A DNA stretch of 64,000 nucleotides from Antedon mediterranea (lineage: Eukaryota > Animalia > Echinodermata), in the NCBI RefSeq assembly GCF_964355755.1, contig NC_092680.1:14393045-14457044 (forward strand), in the 5' to 3' direction. Below are positions 61,001-64,000 of this stretch, one piece after another. The position numbers and the translations under genes are program-made. Below the pieces are notes generated by a model. It did not search any database. It was not told the DNA's origin and saw nothing but the letters and a program-made list of their open reading frames with translations. Numbering within the stretch: position 1 is the first letter of the stretch; every line of letters starts with the position of its first letter.

Positions 61001-61918
61001 AGTATAAAATGCAATTTTTTGAAGACCTGCAGCTCTAGTTTTAAACAGTTTCTTAGCTCAGCCCCAATAATAAAGCTGGTCATATTTCGAAGTACAAGAA
61101 GTGCATTTTCCGGGACCTAACATCTCTATTTTTCAAACATTTCTTAGCTCAGTCACAAACATGATAGGGACTTATATATTTTGTTTCATGTTTTGAAGTA
61201 TAATATTAATAAGTCCAATTTCCGGGACCTCCAACTCTATTTTTCTAAATTTTCTTTGAACTTTTATTTTTTAAATTGAAAAATATGGATTGAAACAGTC
61301 ATCGCGCATCGTTTTTTTGCACGCAGTATTTTATTTATGCATTATAAAAAATGGAAAAAATGGCTACCCTAAATCTGATTAAAATGACAACAAATGACGC
61401 TAGAACGCGTTGCTTCCGGGAGCTTCGCCCCCCCTGGACCCCCACTGGGGGCCCTTAGCGGCCCCCTGACCCCCAGCCTAGTGATGCTCGCTTCGCTCGC
61501 ATAGCCCCCTCGTCGGGGAATGTAGCCCCCGCGTCGGGAAGATCCTGGCGCCACCCCTGGTCTAGGCCTAGTTCATTCGTCCATCCCATAGTAGACTCAT
61601 GAGAGTTTTACTTTTATTCCAAATGGCCTATGTAGGCCTATATTTTTTTATTAAACTTTGTTTACAAACAACAAGCAAATGCGGACAATAAAGGGCTGAG
61701 TCACAGAAATCAGCGCACACATTGCAAATGGGACGAAACGTCTTCATTTATCATACCATATTTAACAAACAGTTAACCTGCCCATCAGAATCAATACAGT
61801 AACAAATGATCTCAAAAGGAGAGGCTTAAAATAAATTTACCTGAATATTCCAAAAATGTGTTCCAACAAAATTAGAAAAGTGTCCGCATTGTATAGTTAT
61901 CAATTCTCTTGATTCCAT
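46001..61918 (-). CDS. MSTO1: Protein misato homolog 1 (tubulin/FtsZ-like), 585 aa
   Basis: Exons 61918-61841, 58154-58062, 56802-56681, 55460-55385, 55270-55047, 54086-53969, 53034-52900, 52089-51937, 51641-51510, 47400-47219, 46828-46730, 46463-46351, 46233-46001; GT-AG, 1758 nt in frame. Motifs RELITIQCGHFSNFVGTHFWNIQ, DVLYREG, TYTPRLIAIDLK, VWSDFL..HLHP, EECDHLQGFQ, YHTSAILASALDT, PYPRIF. Confidence 0.93.
47639..50991 (+). mobile_element. Apparently intact single-ORF non-LTR retrotransposon (L2 group) in MSTO1 intron 9, antisense to the host
   Basis: Uninterrupted ORF 47720-50803, AATAAA at 50965, (GAATAATAAT)2 tail, candidate 7-bp TSD ATAAATT (47632-47638 and 50992-50998). Confidence 0.9.
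47720..50803 (+). CDS. LINE endonuclease/reverse transcriptase polyprotein (true start uncertain)
   Basis: APE motifs TNAQSL, TESW, GGGVAIYV, GDFN, LDLILTN, SDH; RT motifs RPISIT, QFG, DFSKAFD, GVPQG, YVDD; C-terminal QKRACR. Confidence 0.95.
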   Translation: MMSYCVMSVILLLFSGFNHCFFSVISIDFLIFILFSMKSARPMPDQACSTCSTNSCMPCCSQLTPGSTNSWIPTRPRLRPSKRGRRGGSHIHRRIPVRISSYASLPNSNKRRKNITHFLHRQLINIPLSNNVGAKDRPSSCQLPLFLLTNAQSLCNKHDELSLLLNTQGVDVGVFTESWYGPHICNAQIHVQGYSYFGKCREDRRGGGVAIYVKDNIECAILDIPVPPELEVIWINLKCSRLPRGISSIVVCAIYITTDSPYQLLLERHICETIDLIRSRSLQTGFCIMGDFNRMNINYILRNNCLKQIVNFPTRELATLDLILTNFETKYHTPEAMSPLGFSDHICILWKPKVQAIKNVVKSISVRPLYDTRIRSFGTWIVSQNWNDIYSCISTQSKVDAFYYKLITAINKFFPLKNIKTHNTDKPWLTQNIRNSISERQKAFKSNNLTHWKACRNKVKREIIKAKVKFNVDRVRHLQKTDPGKWHQQVRVMTNTKKIDLNIPVPEISPLDHKSIANVINDLFTNISAHIPFLNKTQLPAFLPSDKPAPKLYPWDIYKKLRSIKENKACGPDLVPPKIVKLFAMEFCEPLCDILKCSFSEGIVPSQWKKAVVVPVPKVQPPTIDKLRPISITSVFAKVAEEFITDWILQDISSKIDVNQFGNVKGLSTAHYLTHLVHYLCQGAENKHNVGTMVLTDFSKAFDLIDHTILVNKIIDIGVRGALVPWLCDFLFMRMQCVKYNGTLSNYSYLKAGVPQGTKLGPLCFQIMINDAGTNAKTKYLKYVDDLTFCENRKLSLPGFLQDDLNSFFRWCNDNCLVLNPKKCQALKVCFSSTQPSHVDIHLGTDKLQYVNKAKILGVFFQDNLKWDCHIDSIITKASRKLFFLRSLKRFGFNIEELKLTFCGYIKPVVEYADVVWHSGLSSRLSDCIENVQKRACRIMLGNDYFSYSGALEFLKLETLAQRRVEHCRKFAEYLPKIKQTADLIPPTRHSCHGRNLRNKNKITQLASKTSRFTNSPIPYFIKLLNS
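53755..53966 (+). mobile_element. L2-like LINE 3' fragment abutting an MSTO1 splice donor
   Basis: Residual frame FTSAASRLWNDLPASIR..FKSALKTHLF, GGCGCATTACAAAT, and a (TAT)n tail ending at the exon boundary 53969. Confidence 0.75.
54248..54489. repeat. Local direct duplication of about 80 bp (54248-54330 and 54407-54489)
   Basis: TTATTTATCTGTTCTTATATATCTCAGAGC..GACAATAAAT occurs twice, nearly identical. Confidence 0.85.
54561..54803 (+). mobile_element. tRNA-derived SINE with Meta-type core and (ACCTTT)n tail
   Basis: A box TAGCCGAGTGG, B box GGTTCAATGCCC, core GTCCACTCAGCTGTAAAATGAGTACC, tail ACCTTTACCTTTACC. Confidence 0.8.
56500..56655. repeat. Tandem duplication, 77-bp unit x2
   Basis: TAAGTAATAGGTTACTATTAGG..GTAGTAGAAG repeated with one mismatch. 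Confidence 0.9.
56996..57246. mobile_element. Short MITE
   Basis: TIR TTGTAACCAGGTTTG / CAAACCTGGTTACAA. Confidence 0.65.
57280..57997. mobile_element. Tc1/mariner-pogo-like MITE
   Basis: TIR CCGTATTGTTTCTAATAAAAGCCCCG / CGGGGCGTTTATTTAGAAACAATACAG; TA on the right, CA on the left. Confidence 0.7.
58783..59730. mobile_element. Foldback MITE with ~220-bp TIRs and 7-8 bp TSD; solo end of the same family at about 58284-58335
   Basis: GGGTCAGTCTAATTACC(GAAAACAACC)n is mirrored at the right end; GAGTGTA(G) is duplicated at 58776 and 59731. Confidence 0.88.
59925..61559. mobile_element. Non-autonomous hAT element with internal ~330-bp tandem duplication
   Basis: TIR CAGTGGTGGCGCCAG / CTGGCGCCACCCCTG; perfect 8-bp TSD GTCTAGGC (59917-59924 and 61560-61567); about 59995-60320 is repeated at about 60323-60655. 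Confidence 0.92.
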
Positions 61919-62117
61919 TATCTAAATTAGTAATGCCGAATGGAAATAATAGCTAACTAATCTCTTTTCTCTATTTATTAGGTAGCCGGCTAGACCCGTA
62001 GTAGCCACTAGATGTAATCAAAGAAGAAGAAGAAATGAGTAATCCACGATTTTTGCATTAGAAATTTGTAACAGACAATGATGCCTGCCCTCATAAGGGC
62101 GGATGTATACATACTAA

Positions 62118-62650
62118 GAGCCTGTTCACACACGTATGGCGTGTGAACTAGGCGGTGACGTTATTAACGCAACCCACTACGCCACGTCCGTGGCGTTATT
62201 AACGTCAGTGACGCTTGAATGATTTTGACCCTCTTTCAAGATATTTACCAATTAATTCCTGTTTTTTTACTGAGGGCCTAAATTGTATTGCTGATATTAA
62301 AACAAGCTATTTAGCTGCTCCCTGCCCTTCGATCTAAAAGCGGATGAATTGTTTAGGATTAAATAAAGTAAATAGTGTCCAAAAGCACAGTGTTTTTGGG
62401 AAAGAATTGATTTAGAAATTAAGTGCTGACTATATTTCCAGAAATGGTAAAGAAACAATCACCAAGACAGTGTAAAATCTAAAAAGGAACCAAGAGTTTA
62501 AAACGTAAACGATACATTGGACTTCTTTGTTTAACGCCATTCATTAATACCGAACGGCGTACGTGTGAACACCTGACCATTTTAATCCGTACTGGATTCT
62601 ACCGCTTGCGTAAGTCACGCCAGTTTTACGCCGTACGTATGAACGTACCC
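62118..62650. mobile_element. Harbinger/Tourist-like MITE just upstream of MSTO1
   Basis: Imperfect TIRs GAGCCTGTTCACACACGTATGGCG / CGCCGTACGTATGAACGTACCC with TAA TSD on both sides. Confidence 0.7.
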
Positions 62651-63339
62651 TAAAGAACACTTGATTTAATCATGGATTAAGGAGGAATAGAAGGATATGT
62701 ATTGACGGTGACATCATAGTCAATAGAATTATGGTGAAATCAAACGGTTTTCCAAAGCGACGCTCATTAAACTCTGTGTCTCTAGCCGCGGCCCTTTATA
62801 GAACGCTGCGAATCAACTGTTACATTTTGTTGAGAACAAAACGTAGCCATGTAGAAATCGTATGCGCTGCGCAGTCTGATTGTTCTATTGACATGCGTGC
62901 GTCGATAATTAATTGTCAACAACAATATTGCTGAACAATTCTGTTTTAATTTCATCACAATCGGACTACGAAAAGTTCACTTTCTTACGACCGTTAATTT
63001 TAAGTAGTTGGTAATATTAATAAAATATGAAATTTTTATATTTGAATTATCATATTGGCCTGCCACCTCCTGTCATTAAAATTGTGTTAATCTATAGAAT
63101 ATTAAATTATGCATTTTACCATGTATGTTGTTACCGTCTGTTTTGCAGTACAACAAACGTGTTTGTAGCTAAGTTTCTTCATAAATCTCTTGTTAAATAT
63201 ATTCTTTATCTATTCAGTAACGACAAATGTTTTTCATGTTGTATAGGCCTATAATTAATAATATACCACTTACCACTTGCTTGTAGTGAAATTAGCCTAA
63301 ATCAGAAACAGCATTAAGACACACACAAATATATATTAT

Positions 63340-63415
63340 TTTTTCCCGGAGAAATCTTATGTAGGAGAATTTTACAGTAGGCGGAGGTATGCACTCTCGG
63401 AGTGGCTTTCTAGTT
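63340..63415 (+). mobile_element. Helentron-like 3' terminus fragment
   Basis: GGCGGAGGTATG, hairpin CACTCT/GGAGTG, then GCTTTCTAGTT. Confidence 0.5.
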
Positions 63416-64000
63416 GCTCATGTTTCCACCTCACGCACGCCGCTCCTGCCAGATATAAGATTGACCACCATTTTACGATATTTCCAAACACCAAATACAG
63501 TGATAAAACTAGGCTAGGTTATGTTTCTTACTAATTAGTTTTCTTATATATAGGCAATAACTAGATGATTCGGCCGAAGTGTTTATGCTGACGGGACAAT
63601 TTGGTCTGGAGAAATCAGAAAAAAAAGAGAATCTATTTTTATTCTGATTTCTCCAGTATTAGCATTATTCATTATGTCTTAGTTGCTCTTTCCCAACATA
63701 ATAGCCGGCCATCAACTAGACGATATATCATCAATCTGGTCCGAAGCACCGTGTCCCCTTTTTAAACCTACACATTTTCCGACTTATTTTTAGAGGTTTC
63801 ATTTAATTTGACTGGCTTCTGATCGTTGACGAGTTTATCATTCCAATATATTCCCATCATCATTATCTGGTTTTTTTTTATCATGCCATGCATTTCCAGT
63901 AATCTTCGCATTTTCTCTGTAATTGTTATCTTATACCTTTTGAACTAAATTCTTGGTCTGGACAGTAAAACACACTCTGGTGGTGGTGGTGGTAGTAGTT

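Overview
AT-rich, intron-containing animal genomic DNA, probably a marine invertebrate deuterostome such as an echinoderm (inferred from composition and a Deu-domain SINE). It holds four spliced genes that I reconstructed by hand with consistent GT-AG boundaries and exon phases. (1) The 3' half of an ATP8B-type P4-ATPase lipid flippase (+, 3231-11581). (2) Pyroglutamyl-peptidase I, PGPEP1 (-, 25023-19410, 5 exons, 218 aa). (3) A FAM169-family GNAT-like gene head-to-head with PGPEP1 (+, 26903-41090, 6 coding exons, 975 aa) that ends in an Ikaros/Hunchback-type dimerisation zinc-finger pair. (4) Misato, MSTO1 (-, 61918-46001, 13 exons, 585 aa). Introns are packed with transposons: an apparently intact single-ORF L2-group LINE, several LINE 3' fragments, a Harbinger transposase relic, a Penelope-like element ending in a minimal hammerhead ribozyme, two tRNA-derived SINEs, Helentron-type elements and many MITEs with clean TIRs and target-site duplications. 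The best candidates for something new are the FAM169-GNAT/Ikaros-finger fusion, the hammerhead, and TAGGCCTA clusters flanking the shared promoter. Family assignments come from motif recall, not database searches.
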